From Candidatus Moraniibacteriota bacterium (GTDB taxonomy: Bacteria > Patescibacteriota > Minisyncoccia > Moranbacterales > DUUL01), in NCBI GenBank assembly GCA_041583775.1, contig JBFHFF010000001.1, positions 158,725-222,724 on the forward strand: a stretch of 64,000 bases of DNA, written 5' to 3'. Below, piece by piece: positions 1 through 10,258 of the stretch. Position 1 is the stretch's first letter. Every line of letters begins with the position of its first letter. Under the pieces are notes generated by a model that had not been told where the DNA came from, searched no databases, and saw only the letters and a program-made list of their open reading frames with translations. A program made the translations under genes and the position numbers.

Positions 1-294
1 CCCATCATCAAATTTTATTTTTGCCTTTGAATCAGCCAAAGTTCTAATCTCCATTCCCGAGATGATTTTTTCACCCAAAGAAAGATTTTTCCAGCCACCG
101 CCAGGGATTCTCTGCTCAATTGACCCTTCTATGCGCTCTATGTTTCCCGCATAAACACCTTCCTCTGAAAATAACTGGCCCTTCGCCAATTGTACCATAA
201 AACCATCTCCTTTGTCAGGAAATCTAACCAAAAGCCCTGATACGGCAAAAAGGGCAAACATAATAACCGTAAGAACTACATTGATACTATTCAT
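1..294 (-). CDS. FecR-domain-like membrane-anchored protein, 5' part (truncated by window edge)
   Basis: Manual translation: MNSINVVLTVIMFALFAVSGLL (TM)...GWKNLSLGEKIISGMEIRTLADSKAKIKFDDG, resembling the FecR G-x-x-I-x-T-x-x-D-S-x-A-x-I-x-F-x-D-G motif. Confidence 0.6.
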   Translation of the reverse strand, partial: MNSINVVLTVIMFALFAVSGLLVRFPDKGDGFMVQLAKGQLFSEEGVYAGNIERIEGSIEQRIPGGGWKNLSLGEKIISGMEIRTLADSKAKIKFDDG

Positions 295-663
295 TTTGCA
301 ACTCTTTATTGTTTGGAAAATTATATTTTTATTATATCAAACTATTTTAAAAAATGAAATAGTAAACAGCATATTTAAAGAAAAAATACATATTTCAATT
401 GCCCATTAATCATTCGATAATTTTCCTTATCCAAATATCCTTTGTGAATATTTATTTAACAAAAAAATATTCATTTATATTTAAGCGAATTTGAATTTTC
501 AGAATATCAATCCCAAAGTTTCAACTTTTAACAGGAGTAATGAGTGGATTTAATTGATACTAAATGTCCTTCTTTTTTTGACTTCTAATCCCCCCTCTTA
601 CCAAAAAAATTTCTTTGTGTCAAAATAAGTTCATCAAGCTAATTCTTTATCTAAAAAATTAAG

Positions 664-1134
664 ATGTTTTTAAATCTCAAAATTATTGCTGTTGGAAAAA
701 TTAAAAATAAAGAACTTGCTATCCTCGCAAAAGAATATCAAAAAAGACTCTCTCCTTTTTGCAAACTACAAACAATTGAACTGCCTGCAGTTCCATTTTT
801 AAGCGAGGGCGATAAAGAAAAATCAAAAAGAAAAGAGGGAGAAAAAATTATTGCTTATTTAGATAAAAATTCCACAGAAAACTTTTTTCTACTAGAAGAA
901 TATGGAAAAGAATTTTCGTCCATAGATTTTTCAAAAAAACTTACTTCTCTTTCTGGGTGCATAACTTTTATTGTCGCTGGCACTCTAGGATTTAGTGAGG
1001 AAATTAAAAAGCTTAATCTACCAAGACTCTCACTTTCTCAAATGACTTTCCCACATGAAATGGCGAGAATTTTACTTCTAGAGCAAATCTATCGAACAAT
1101 TAGTATTATTAACGGGAAAAAATATCACTATTAG
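664..1134 (+). CDS. rlmH: 23S rRNA (pseudouridine1915-N3)-methyltransferase
   Basis: IIAVGK N-terminus; LSLSQMTFPHEMARILLLEQIYR...GKKYH SPOUT signature. Confidence 0.95.
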   Translation: MFLNLKIIAVGKIKNKELAILAKEYQKRLSPFCKLQTIELPAVPFLSEGDKEKSKRKEGEKIIAYLDKNSTENFFLLEEYGKEFSSIDFSKKLTSLSGCITFIVAGTLGFSEEIKKLNLPRLSLSQMTFPHEMARILLLEQIYRTISIINGKKYHY

Positions 1135-1206
1135 AAATGGTCTGGTTTTTTGAGAATGTTTTTTGTGTGTGTTATGATTAAATCAACCATTATTTTGAAG
1201 TAACAA

Positions 1207-1800
1207 ATGAAAAAAAGAAAAATAAATAGATTTAAATTCTCACCAACTAAATCTCGCAGATTCTTAATGTATTTTTCTGTAATTAGTTTGTTTTTATTTT
1301 TTGGTTTTTGGTATTATAACAAAATACAACTCGAAAAAATCTCTCTCACAAAAGGCTACTCTGTTGAAAATATCGAAAAGATAGAACTTGAAAAAAGAAT
1401 AAGAGAAATGGTAAAAGGACACCCAATCGAAGAAATGGTTCCCTATATAATGGAATATGACCAAATTGTCTCCATTTTTCTTGTAAGTATTGCGAAAAAA
1501 GAAAGCAACTGGGGCGAAAAAACCCCAAAATACAAAGGCAAAGATTGCTTCAATTATTGGGGTTATCGTGGCCCAAATCCTCTTGGAAGTGGTGGACATT
1601 CTTGTTTCTCATCAAGAGAAGAAGCTGTTGCTATCGTAGGAAAGCGTATTGATAACTTGGTTAAGAAATTTGATTGTGACACGCCAGCTAAAATGATTGT
1701 TTGGAAATGTGGTTCCTCTTGCAAAACACACAATCCTTTTGGTGTTAGAAAATGGATCAGTGATGTAGATTTATATTTTCAAAAACTTTCACAACAATAA
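1207..1800 (+). CDS. Membrane-anchored lysozyme/glucosaminidase-like protein (paralog 1 of 3)
   Basis: N-terminal TM; IAKKESNWG, CFNYWGY, CF, WKCGSSC, KWISDV shared with 26996 and 27959 ORFs. Confidence 0.6.
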   Translation: MKKRKINRFKFSPTKSRRFLMYFSVISLFLFFGFWYYNKIQLEKISLTKGYSVENIEKIELEKRIREMVKGHPIEEMVPYIMEYDQIVSIFLVSIAKKESNWGEKTPKYKGKDCFNYWGYRGPNPLGSGGHSCFSSREEAVAIVGKRIDNLVKKFDCDTPAKMIVWKCGSSCKTHNPFGVRKWISDVDLYFQKLSQQ

Positions 1801-1856
1801 AAAATCATAAAGATTTCCGCTAAAATTTCAGCTAAACTTATCAAATTAATTTCGAA

Positions 1857-1890
1857 AATAAAATCCTGGATATCCAGGATTTTATTTTTT
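1857..1890. terminator. Bidirectional intrinsic terminator
   Basis: aataaaatcctgga-ta-tccaggattttatt palindrome with T-tail between convergent genes. Confidence 0.7.
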
Positions 1891-1906
1891 ACATATAATA
1901 GGTTTT

Positions 1907-4363
1907 TTATTCGAAATCGTCTGTTGTTAGGAGAATTTCTCCGCCTCTTTCAACATCCTTAGATATAATTTTTGTAGCAATTTTATCTTCAATTTTATCT
2001 GAGATATACCTATTTATTGAACGAGCACCAAAAACAGGATCATAACCTTTTTCAATAACACAATCAACTACATTTTCACCAAATTTTACAGAAATGTTTT
2101 TTTCCCTACTAACTCTTTCTGCAAATTTATTCAACATCAACGAGATAACTTCTTTCATTTGATTATTTTCCAGTGCCCGAAAAAAAACGACTGAGTCAAA
2201 ACGATTTAGAAATTCGACTCTAAACATCCCTTCCTTTACAATATGGTCAACTAATCTCTTTCTTAATTCTTCGGCCTCAACTCCTTGCTCAACCATTTCT
2301 TTAATTAGGGGTGCCCCAGCATTTGAGGTTGCAATAATAATGGTTCCACGAAAGCTTATTTTCTCACCAAAACCATCTGTGATATAACCCTCATCCAAAA
2401 CTTGCAAAAATAGATCTAAAATATCACTATGCGCCTTTTCAATTTCATCTAGTAAGATAAGGGAGAAAGGAGAATCTTTTGTTTTGGAAGTTAAAATTCC
2501 CATTTCTCCAGAAACTTGAGAGCCTATCAATCTACCAATTGAATCTTGAGTTTTATATTCACTCATATCAATTCTAATCATTCGTTCTTCATTTCCAAAA
2601 TGAACTTCTGCTAAAGCTTTCGCTGTTTCTGTTTTTCCAACTCCAGTAGGACCAAGAAATAAAAAACTCCCAACTGGCTTTTTTATATCTCTAATCCCAG
2701 CTCGCATCTTCCTAATTGAGTTTGCAATTTGAATCACAGCTCCGTCTTGGCCTATTACCCTTGAGTGTAAAAGGTCTTCCAACCCCATTAATTTTTCTCT
2801 TTCGTCCTTTAAGATTTGTCCTTGTTTCGTTCCTGTTTTAATACTCATAACACGAAAAACATCTTCTATGCCAATGATTCCTCCTTTATCAGCATAATTC
2901 TTCTCCCAGTATAGAAGCACGCTATTGGCAAAACCAATTGCTCTGCCAGGCAATGGCATAATTTTGCCAAGCTGTGATGAACGACGCACAATCTCCCTTA
3001 TCGCTTGATATGTAAAAACCACGCAATCATGCTCTATTTGGCTAAATTTCTGTAATAAAATTTTAATCGCCTCTTCATCACTAGGCTCTTCGATCTCTAC
3101 AACATCAAAATTTTTCACAATTCCTTCCTGCTTTTCAATTAAAGAATGATAATTATTACGAGTTGTTGTTGCAATTACCTGAAAACTCGGCAACATCAAG
3201 TATTTATCCAAAACTGCTGCAATATTAACAGAAGATTTGTGTCCTGGATCAAGATATTTTCCAATCTCATCTATTGCTAAAATAATATTCCCTGCAAATG
3301 CTGCCTCCTGAAACAATGAATGTAAAGCATGTTCAGGATCACCACCCTCATTCATAACAGCTGAGATTGTGCTCCCAAGATCAACTAGCATAATTCTTTT
3401 TTCATCAAGCTGTTCTCCGGCCTTTCCTTCTAAAATTTGTTTAGCGATGTGATGCATAATAGCTTTTTTCCCAACACCTGACTCACCCATCAATAAAACA
3501 TTATTTTGTTCCTCTTTCATTAAAACTAATTTTGCCATTTCTATCTCTTCATCATATCCAATAGGCAAAACGAGGCGGTATTCCGTTGGATCATAGTTTG
3601 ATAACTCCAATGAATGACGGTCAAGCGTAATGGTATAACCATACTCCCACCCCTTTCCTATAGGTACAGATCTACGAAGATTTTCCCTTAACCAAAACTT
3701 TTTTGATCTCTCCTTCGCTATTTGTAAATCCATCTCCCATTTCAATATAAGCTCAAACTCATCAACGGACATATCATATGTTTTCAAAAGAGCGGTTAGT
3801 TTATCTTTATTTGCCAAAACTTCAGCCGTTAATTCTTTTGGTGTGGTTCCGATTCTTTGAATAACTCTCCTAAACCACGGAAATTTTAAGAGTTTTTCAA
3901 TTGGCATTTTATTATAAGGAACTCTCACGCTTTCTAAGTATGCCAGCATCGTACCTACTAGAAACAACCCAAAAGCAACCGTACTAATGGTATATTTTCC
4001 CTCTCCCAGCGTTACGCCAATAACTGACAAGACAAAGAGCATTGGGGCTAAAACCCAAACTATAATAAAAAATAAACCAAACACAAAAGTAAATGCCATC
4101 ATTACAACACCAAAAGATGCCACAAAAAAGCGAACTATCGCACCAAAAAATCTAAAAATGGTATTTAACACAACTTTTTGTGCTTCCAAGAGAGGATGGA
4201 GTCCAATCCAACTTTTAGAGGTTAAATCTTTTCTCCAAGGGGAAAAAAGAGTCACAAAAAGATGTCTCACACTAAAAATTATCAAGAAGTGCGAAAGAAA
4301 ATTATTCCAAATAACAAAATAATTTTTTATTCCGCCTGTCCAATACCAAATAAGGAAACCCAT
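1907..4363 (-). CDS. Clp/Hsp100-family AAA+ ATPase with N-terminal transmembrane region
   Basis: Two AAA modules (GESGVGKK/IDE; GPTGVGKTETAKALA, RIDMSEY, LLDEIEKAH, FLNRFD, FGAR); hydrophobic N-terminal ~145 aa. Confidence 0.85.
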   Translation of the reverse strand: MGFLIWYWTGGIKNYFVIWNNFLSHFLIIFSVRHLFVTLFSPWRKDLTSKSWIGLHPLLEAQKVVLNTIFRFFGAIVRFFVASFGVVMMAFTFVFGLFFIIVWVLAPMLFVLSVIGVTLGEGKYTISTVAFGLFLVGTMLAYLESVRVPYNKMPIEKLLKFPWFRRVIQRIGTTPKELTAEVLANKDKLTALLKTYDMSVDEFELILKWEMDLQIAKERSKKFWLRENLRRSVPIGKGWEYGYTITLDRHSLELSNYDPTEYRLVLPIGYDEEIEMAKLVLMKEEQNNVLLMGESGVGKKAIMHHIAKQILEGKAGEQLDEKRIMLVDLGSTISAVMNEGGDPEHALHSLFQEAAFAGNIILAIDEIGKYLDPGHKSSVNIAAVLDKYLMLPSFQVIATTTRNNYHSLIEKQEGIVKNFDVVEIEEPSDEEAIKILLQKFSQIEHDCVVFTYQAIREIVRRSSQLGKIMPLPGRAIGFANSVLLYWEKNYADKGGIIGIEDVFRVMSIKTGTKQGQILKDEREKLMGLEDLLHSRVIGQDGAVIQIANSIRKMRAGIRDIKKPVGSFLFLGPTGVGKTETAKALAEVHFGNEERMIRIDMSEYKTQDSIGRLIGSQVSGEMGILTSKTKDSPFSLILLDEIEKAHSDILDLFLQVLDEGYITDGFGEKISFRGTIIIATSNAGAPLIKEMVEQGVEAEELRKRLVDHIVKEGMFRVEFLNRFDSVVFFRALENNQMKEVISLMLNKFAERVSREKNISVKFGENVVDCVIEKGYDPVFGARSINRYISDKIEDKIATKIISKDVERGGEILLTTDDFE

Positions 4364-4536
4364 CTTTACTTTTATTTAAATTTTAAAGTTTTATTTTATT
4401 TTTAATATAGTAAAATTATAACATCAAAAAGGGCTTGGGGCAATTGCTAATTCCCTAATTAAAAAGAATTTTAACGACTGTTAGTTTTCGTGCTATAATG
4501 ATTTTATGTTATTTATCTTTCAGAGCTCCCTTTTTT

Positions 4537-5697
4537 ATGCATACACTTCACTATCAAATACATTCACATGTTCCTCATTGTATAAATTCATTAAAAAAAG
4601 ATGTTAATGGCATCTATTTAATTCACTCTATTAAAGGATTTGTTTTCTCTCTTTTTGGAATTTTTATACCAATTTATTTATTAACTTTAGACTTCTCAAT
4701 CACATTAGTTTTTTCATATTTCATTGCTAGACAAATTTCAATTATTATAACTAACTTTTTAGTTGGTTCAATTGCTAATAAGTTGGGGTTGAAACATACA
4801 ATGTTAATAAGCCTCCCTTTGTCGCTGCTTTACCTTTTTTTACTCCCAATTCTAAGCTCTTTTTCTAATTTATATTTCTTTTTTGGATTAGCACTTCTTA
4901 GCGGGGCAGAAGCTGCTTTATATTGGGTTCCAATGCACTCACTGTTTGCAAGATCAACGAAAACTGGAGAAAAAAGCTCTCAAGTTGGAAAATTATTATC
5001 CTTCCAACATATTGCCAGCATGCTTGCACCACTTATTGGTGGAACAATTACGCTTTTTTTTAGTTTCGAAGTTTTATTTATGGTGGGAATTTTTCTCTTA
5101 CTGATTCCAATTGGACTTCTTTTATACACACCAGACATAAAACCTCATATCGATTTTAATTTTCGTCGTGGAATCGGTTTATTAAAAAAATATAAAAAAC
5201 ACTATTATTTAACTTGTTCTGAGATTGTTGGAAGCACTACAGAATCTGTTATTTGGCCTCTTTTCGTTTTCTTGGTTCTAAAAAATGAATTTTCCATTGG
5301 GGTAATCGGAACGCTCCTTGGTTTAGGAACTGTTATTTTTTCTTTTTTTATGGGACACAAAGCCAATAAAAAAAATCGCTCAAAAATAATAAAAGTTGCA
5401 GCTTTAATGCTAGCGATTATCTGGATTAGCAAATTCTTTGCTGATTCATCTATTATAATCTATATTCTTTCGGTTCTTTCTGGTTTTTTTGTTATTATGT
5501 TTTCTGTTCCAAATACAGCAGAAACTTATGAATTAGCCAGTAAAGAGAAGCATATTGATGAATTCATTATCTTTCGAGAAATTCCCATCACACTTGGAAA
5601 GATTTCCTTATTACTTATTTCTCTCCTTTTCTTGTCTAAAATAAATATTGCTTTTATTCTTACTGGACTTAATTTTTTATTAGTATTTTTTATTTAA
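4537..5697 (+). CDS. MFS transporter
   Basis: ~12 hydrophobic segments; GSIANKLGLK motif-A-like loop; start moved to second ATG. Confidence 0.85.
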   Translation: MHTLHYQIHSHVPHCINSLKKDVNGIYLIHSIKGFVFSLFGIFIPIYLLTLDFSITLVFSYFIARQISIIITNFLVGSIANKLGLKHTMLISLPLSLLYLFLLPILSSFSNLYFFFGLALLSGAEAALYWVPMHSLFARSTKTGEKSSQVGKLLSFQHIASMLAPLIGGTITLFFSFEVLFMVGIFLLLIPIGLLLYTPDIKPHIDFNFRRGIGLLKKYKKHYYLTCSEIVGSTTESVIWPLFVFLVLKNEFSIGVIGTLLGLGTVIFSFFMGHKANKKNRSKIIKVAALMLAIIWISKFFADSSIIIYILSVLSGFFVIMFSVPNTAETYELASKEKHIDEFIIFREIPITLGKISLLLISLLFLSKINIAFILTGLNFLLVFFI

Positions 5698-5762
5698 TGA
5701 CTAAGATTAACTTATAAATATGCTTACGCTAAAATATTAGATGGATAGCATTTAAAGTTTTT

Positions 5763-7343
5763 ATGAAAAAAAGAAAAAAAACTAAGATAAAAATCATCTG
5801 GAAAAGCTTCCTGTTAAGGGTATTTTTTTTGATTTGTATTTTAATTTTTTCTTATTGCGGATTCATTGGATACAAACTTTACAAGATGGAAAATAAAATT
5901 CTTGAAATAACACAGACAGAGGGAAATTCTTCAACGGAAACAAGGGGTTTTATAGAAACCGCCAAAACATTACTCTCAAATGACAAAGTGCCATTGCGAG
6001 ATGATGGCAAAGGAAGAACGAATATTTTATTATTAGGAATGAGTGGAGAAGGTTACAAGTCTCAGTATTTAACAGATACAATTATGCTCGTTTCCATTGA
6101 TACAAAAACTTATAAATCAGGAATGCTCTCAATTCCTCGCGATTTATATGTAGAAATTCCAGAAACAAACAATTTTCATACAAAAATAAATGCTATTTAT
6201 ACTTTTTCAATGAAAAATAAATCTTTGTCTAGCAGCGAGTCTATGAATAATATAAAAACCGTTATCCATGATGTTACTGGGCAGGAGGTTCATTATTATC
6301 TCACACTCGACTTTGCTGGTTTTAAAAATATTATCGATGAATTAGGTGGGATCGATGTTGAAGTTGAAAATGACATCTATGACAGCCGCTATCCCGGCCC
6401 AAACTATTCATACGAAACTTTTGAAATCAAAAAAGGATTCCAACATCTTGACGCAGAAACTGCCCTAAAATATGCTCGCGTTCGCCATATAAGTGGTGGT
6501 GATTTCGGAAGAGCTGCAAGACAACAACAAGTCATTGCTGCATCAAAAAAGAAAGCTTTCTCCCTAGGAACAGTTGCAAACCCAACAAAAATCACTTCAT
6601 TAATTGACACTCTTGGAGATCACATAAAAACGGATATCCAACTAGCAGAAGTTCCTACATTCTTGGATCTAGCACATAAAATAAATATATACCAAACGAC
6701 TACTAGAGTTTTGGATGCTTGGAGCGCTGATGCCCTTCTTAGCTCAACTCATGTTGAAATGGGAGGTGTAATGGCATATGTACTAATCCCAAAAACAAAA
6801 AATTACAAACAGATTTATGAATTATCAGAAAATATTTTTGATCTTGAAGAAATTAAGCGAAAAAAAGAAGCAATTAAAAAAGAAGATGCTAAAATAGCCT
6901 TTGTGCTTCAGGATAAAAATGCTTATAATAAAACAAGACTTGCATTAAAAAACCTAGATTACAATCCGATAATTAATCCTCCCAACAATAAAATATCTTG
7001 TTTTCAAAAAAACACTATCCTGAGTCTCTCTAATGAACAAAAAATATTTACTCTAGATGATTTGGCCTCAAAACTAAATTCGGAGGTAAAATATTTAGAT
7101 CCAACTAGCTCAAGCTCTATAGAAGAAGAAGAAGAAGAAGAAGGATTATTGGATACGGAAATTTTAAGACAAGGAAATGAAAAAGAAAAAACAGATTATC
7201 CGTTTGACATCATAGTTTGTTTGTCTGATGAGACTCTAGATTATTTTGAGATGCAGAATGAAAAAAAAGAAGACACATCAGAGGAAATAGGTGCTCAAAG
7301 TATAATTGATAAGGATGGAAATGTTTTATTTAAAAAAGAATAG
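5763..7343 (+). CDS. LCP (LytR-CpsA-Psr) family protein
   Basis: TM then NILLLG, TDTIML, LSIPRDLYV, IIDELGGIDV, YARVRH, DFGRAARQQ. Confidence 0.92.
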   Translation: MKKRKKTKIKIIWKSFLLRVFFLICILIFSYCGFIGYKLYKMENKILEITQTEGNSSTETRGFIETAKTLLSNDKVPLRDDGKGRTNILLLGMSGEGYKSQYLTDTIMLVSIDTKTYKSGMLSIPRDLYVEIPETNNFHTKINAIYTFSMKNKSLSSSESMNNIKTVIHDVTGQEVHYYLTLDFAGFKNIIDELGGIDVEVENDIYDSRYPGPNYSYETFEIKKGFQHLDAETALKYARVRHISGGDFGRAARQQQVIAASKKKAFSLGTVANPTKITSLIDTLGDHIKTDIQLAEVPTFLDLAHKINIYQTTTRVLDAWSADALLSSTHVEMGGVMAYVLIPKTKNYKQIYELSENIFDLEEIKRKKEAIKKEDAKIAFVLQDKNAYNKTRLALKNLDYNPIINPPNNKISCFQKNTILSLSNEQKIFTLDDLASKLNSEVKYLDPTSSSSIEEEEEEEGLLDTEILRQGNEKEKTDYPFDIIVCLSDETLDYFEMQNEKKEDTSEEIGAQSIIDKDGNVLFKKE

Positions 7344-7367
7344 TCTCAATTTAAACACACTAAAACA

Positions 7368-7964
7368 ATGAATAGCTCACTAATTGTTGGACTTGGTAAT
7401 CCTGGTGAAAAATACCAAAACACAAGACATAATATTGGATTTAAAGTTCTAGATGCATTTTTTAAAAAATTTGATGAGTCTACAAAAAATGCCTTCCGTT
7501 TGAACAAAAAAATCAATGGTAAAATTGCAATAATTTCAAAACAGGAAAAAATCCATCTCTTAAAGCCGTTTTCTTTTATGAATCTTTCGGGCGCACCAGT
7601 TGCAGCTACCATGAATTATTTTGACATAAATATTAAAAAAATAATTGTCATTCATGATGATATAGATCTCCCATTTGGCCAAATTCGTCTATCAAAAAAT
7701 TCTGGTTCTGGTGGACACAATGGCATTAAGTCAATAATAGAACATCTTGGAACAAAAGACTTTTTGCGTTTAAGAATTGGAGTTTCTACTGAAATATCAA
7801 GAAGAAACATTCCAACGGAAAAATTTGTCCTTGGAAATTTTTCAGCAGAAGAAAATATTGTATTAACAAAAATTATTATTTCCGCTTGTGATTGTCTTGA
7901 ACATTATCTTGAAAATGGCCCAGAAAAAGCTATGAATAAGTTTAACCAAAAAGGTAGTGCTTAA
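7368..7964 (+). CDS. pth: Peptidyl-tRNA hydrolase
   Basis: LIVGLGNPG, TRHNIG, FMNLSG, HDDIDL, GGHNGIKS, LRIG. Confidence 0.97.
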   Translation: MNSSLIVGLGNPGEKYQNTRHNIGFKVLDAFFKKFDESTKNAFRLNKKINGKIAIISKQEKIHLLKPFSFMNLSGAPVAATMNYFDINIKKIIVIHDDIDLPFGQIRLSKNSGSGGHNGIKSIIEHLGTKDFLRLRIGVSTEISRRNIPTEKFVLGNFSAEENIVLTKIIISACDCLEHYLENGPEKAMNKFNQKGSA

Positions 7965-7975
7965 TTTTAATATGA

Positions 7976-8060
7976 CAAAAAAACACTACACCGCCGATGA
8001 ATCATAGGAAAGGGATAGGAGGGAGTTACCTTACCAAGATCATAAGCGGTGCAGTGCTAA
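7976..8060 (-). ncRNA. Candidate small RNA: rod hairpin with C-rich loop and U tail
   Basis: gcactgcaccgc/gcggtgtagtgt 12-bp stem (G-U pairs favour minus strand), inner stems, loop taactccctcctatc, T-run after stem, TGTTATAAT extended -10 at 8076-8084. Confidence 0.45.
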
Positions 8061-8148
8061 TATTCAAATTTAAATATTATAACAGTTTATTATAAGCTGT
8101 TTTTTTTGTCAAGCACTTTTAACTTTTTCAAACAAGTAAATCTAGCTT

Positions 8149-8535
8149 TTATTTAAAGATTTTCTGAAGCGAATTTATAAGAAATAAACAAGAAATTAAA
8201 TATATAACCGTTTCAAAAAGTGAAACTTTATACAAAACAACAAACATAGTGAGTATAAATAAAATAGAAAGTGAAATTATTAAAATTAATTGTTTGTGTC
8301 CTTTAAGACTTTGTTTTTCATCTTCTTTCACTCCATCGATATACAAAACAAAAGCCATCATCACAACAATAATAAATAACAATAAATTAAAATTAAAAAC
8401 CTCAATAACAATCCCTGGAAGAACTGATTCTAAAGCAAAGAGTGATAGATAAATAAAAGTTAAAGATAAAACACTTTTTTTAATAAAATCTATCAACACT
8501 GGATTCTCAAAAATTTTCAGTTTATTTTTCAACAT
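8149..8535 (-). CDS. Hypothetical 4-TM membrane protein
   Basis: Four hydrophobic segments; last gene of minus-strand run; start placed at non-overlapping ATG. Confidence 0.7.
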   Translation of the reverse strand: MLKNKLKIFENPVLIDFIKKSVLSLTFIYLSLFALESVLPGIVIEVFNFNLLLFIIVVMMAFVLYIDGVKEDEKQSLKGHKQLILIISLSILFILTMFVVLYKVSLFETVIYLISCLFLINSLQKIFK

Positions 8536-8539
8536 AATA

Positions 8540-9478
8540 TTACTTAAATATTTCATTCCTATATTTATCAATTATCCTTGTTTTATGAAAAGACAATGTT
8601 AATTTAGGATTTTCTAAATCAACCAAATTAAAAGTATCCAAAACAATAGTGGCTCTTTTTATTTCACTAACAATTTCTCCAAAAGAAAAAACAAAAGTAT
8701 TTCCAGAAATATCTTTCACATCCTTTTTATCAAAAAAACACTCGAAAGAATTAGTTGATTTAAAATTCTTACATTCACCTATTTTTTCAGGAACTTCTTT
8801 GTCCATTAAAATTACAGCATAATCAGGCCAAACTTCTTTGATTATTTCCTCTTTTTTAATCGGTAATAATTTTTCCTCCCATACTAGAAAAAAATTTTTG
8901 TCTTTTGTTTCAAGTATTGTTCCGTCTGGATGTGGAGTACCAGCGATAATTTTTTCACCCTCTTCAAAAGAAGATTCTTCATCAACCTTCAAAGATTTAA
9001 CTCGCTTCCAATCAAATCCCAAGTCTTGAAAAAACTGTGGTCCTAGAAAAGGCTTCCATTTACCTCGTGAATATACATACACTGCATCATTTGTCGACAC
9101 TAATTCCCCGTTGGGAATTTCGATGTCATTAGAGAATATATATTTTTGCAAAACTTCAGCAGTTTCAATCATCTCCCCAATTGGATAAAGTTGTGCAATA
9201 AAACCTTTTTCAACTTCAACTATTTTATTTTCTAAAAAAATATTTTTTGGATAAATTTCAACACTTGCCGAATAGAAATTATATTCAAATTCTGGATCGA
9301 CTGTTAAATAACCTCTTTTTTCATCCAAAAACTGAATGGTTGTAACCGCCTTATTTCTTTTCTCAGAATCAAAATCATTTTTTGGATAAAGAATTTTCAA
9401 CCCAATAAAAAAGATGATCGCTATTCCTACTACCCCAACGATAAAGCTGTTATTTTTTTTCATTCTATTTTTTAACAT
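8540..9478 (-). CDS. Hypothetical membrane-anchored exported protein
   Basis: N-terminal TM; PNGELV/HPDGTIL short repeats. Confidence 0.75.
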   Translation of the reverse strand: MLKNRMKKNNSFIVGVVGIAIIFFIGLKILYPKNDFDSEKRNKAVTTIQFLDEKRGYLTVDPEFEYNFYSASVEIYPKNIFLENKIVEVEKGFIAQLYPIGEMIETAEVLQKYIFSNDIEIPNGELVSTNDAVYVYSRGKWKPFLGPQFFQDLGFDWKRVKSLKVDEESSFEEGEKIIAGTPHPDGTILETKDKNFFLVWEEKLLPIKKEEIIKEVWPDYAVILMDKEVPEKIGECKNFKSTNSFECFFDKKDVKDISGNTFVFSFGEIVSEIKRATIVLDTFNLVDLENPKLTLSFHKTRIIDKYRNEIFK

Positions 9479-9481
9479 TTT

Positions 9482-10249
9482 TTATTTTCTCCTTTTAATT
9501 TTAGGTGAAAAATTTCCACGATTTTCTTGATACTCATTCCACAATATCAACAAACCAATTCCCAATATCAATGCCATAATGGCACTATTAGCCCCTCTTG
9601 GACCACCTAATAAAAAATTAAAAATGGCATGAATTGTTATAGGTAAGCAAATTGTAAGTAAAGAAAAATAAAATCTATTATAGCCCTTTGTTAGCATCGC
9701 CTTGGCAAGAAACAAACCGGCTACACTAGAATAAATTACATGTGCAGATGTAGATAAAACAAACCTAAGAGGAATAACACTTCCAAAATCGATAATTTCT
9801 CCTGATTGAGCAATAACTGAAAAATAAACTCCGTTTTCAGTGACAGCAAAAGCAAGTCCCACCACCAAACCAACTATCAAACCATCGTTTATGCTTTTAA
9901 TTTTATTCCCCATCAAAACTACTAAGATTCCAATCAGTTTTGACAACTCTTCAATTGTTGCAATTAAACCTGCCGACAAAAGAGCTACTAAATCAAAGGG
10001 CGTTTCTCCAAATAACCAAAATTTTTGCATCCACAAAACTATCTCGTTACCACCTCCCGTTTCTGAAATAATAATCTCCAGGGCGCTAGCTGGAATGGCA
10101 GTTAAAACACCCCAGAAAAAAACCTTAATTAAAAGATTGAAACTTTCTTTTCCAAAATGATTTCTTTTTACAATGACCCAAAGCCACCAAGTAACAGGCA
10201 ATATACCTATTGCAGCAGCAAAAAGAACATTATGATATGACACTAACAT
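9482..10249 (-). CDS. PrsW-family intramembrane metalloprotease
   Basis: IEELSK, GLAFAVTEN, AH and H-x-x-F-N motifs. Confidence 0.9.
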   Translation of the reverse strand: MLVSYHNVLFAAAIGILPVTWWLWVIVKRNHFGKESFNLLIKVFFWGVLTAIPASALEIIISETGGGNEIVLWMQKFWLFGETPFDLVALLSAGLIATIEELSKLIGILVVLMGNKIKSINDGLIVGLVVGLAFAVTENGVYFSVIAQSGEIIDFGSVIPLRFVLSTSAHVIYSSVAGLFLAKAMLTKGYNRFYFSLLTICLPITIHAIFNFLLGGPRGANSAIMALILGIGLLILWNEYQENRGNFSPKIKRRK

Positions 10250-10258
10250 CTTGTATTT

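Noticed and set aside
7122-7142. (GAA)7 repeat in the LCP gene
   Set aside because: In-frame poly-Glu linker; cannot cause phase variation
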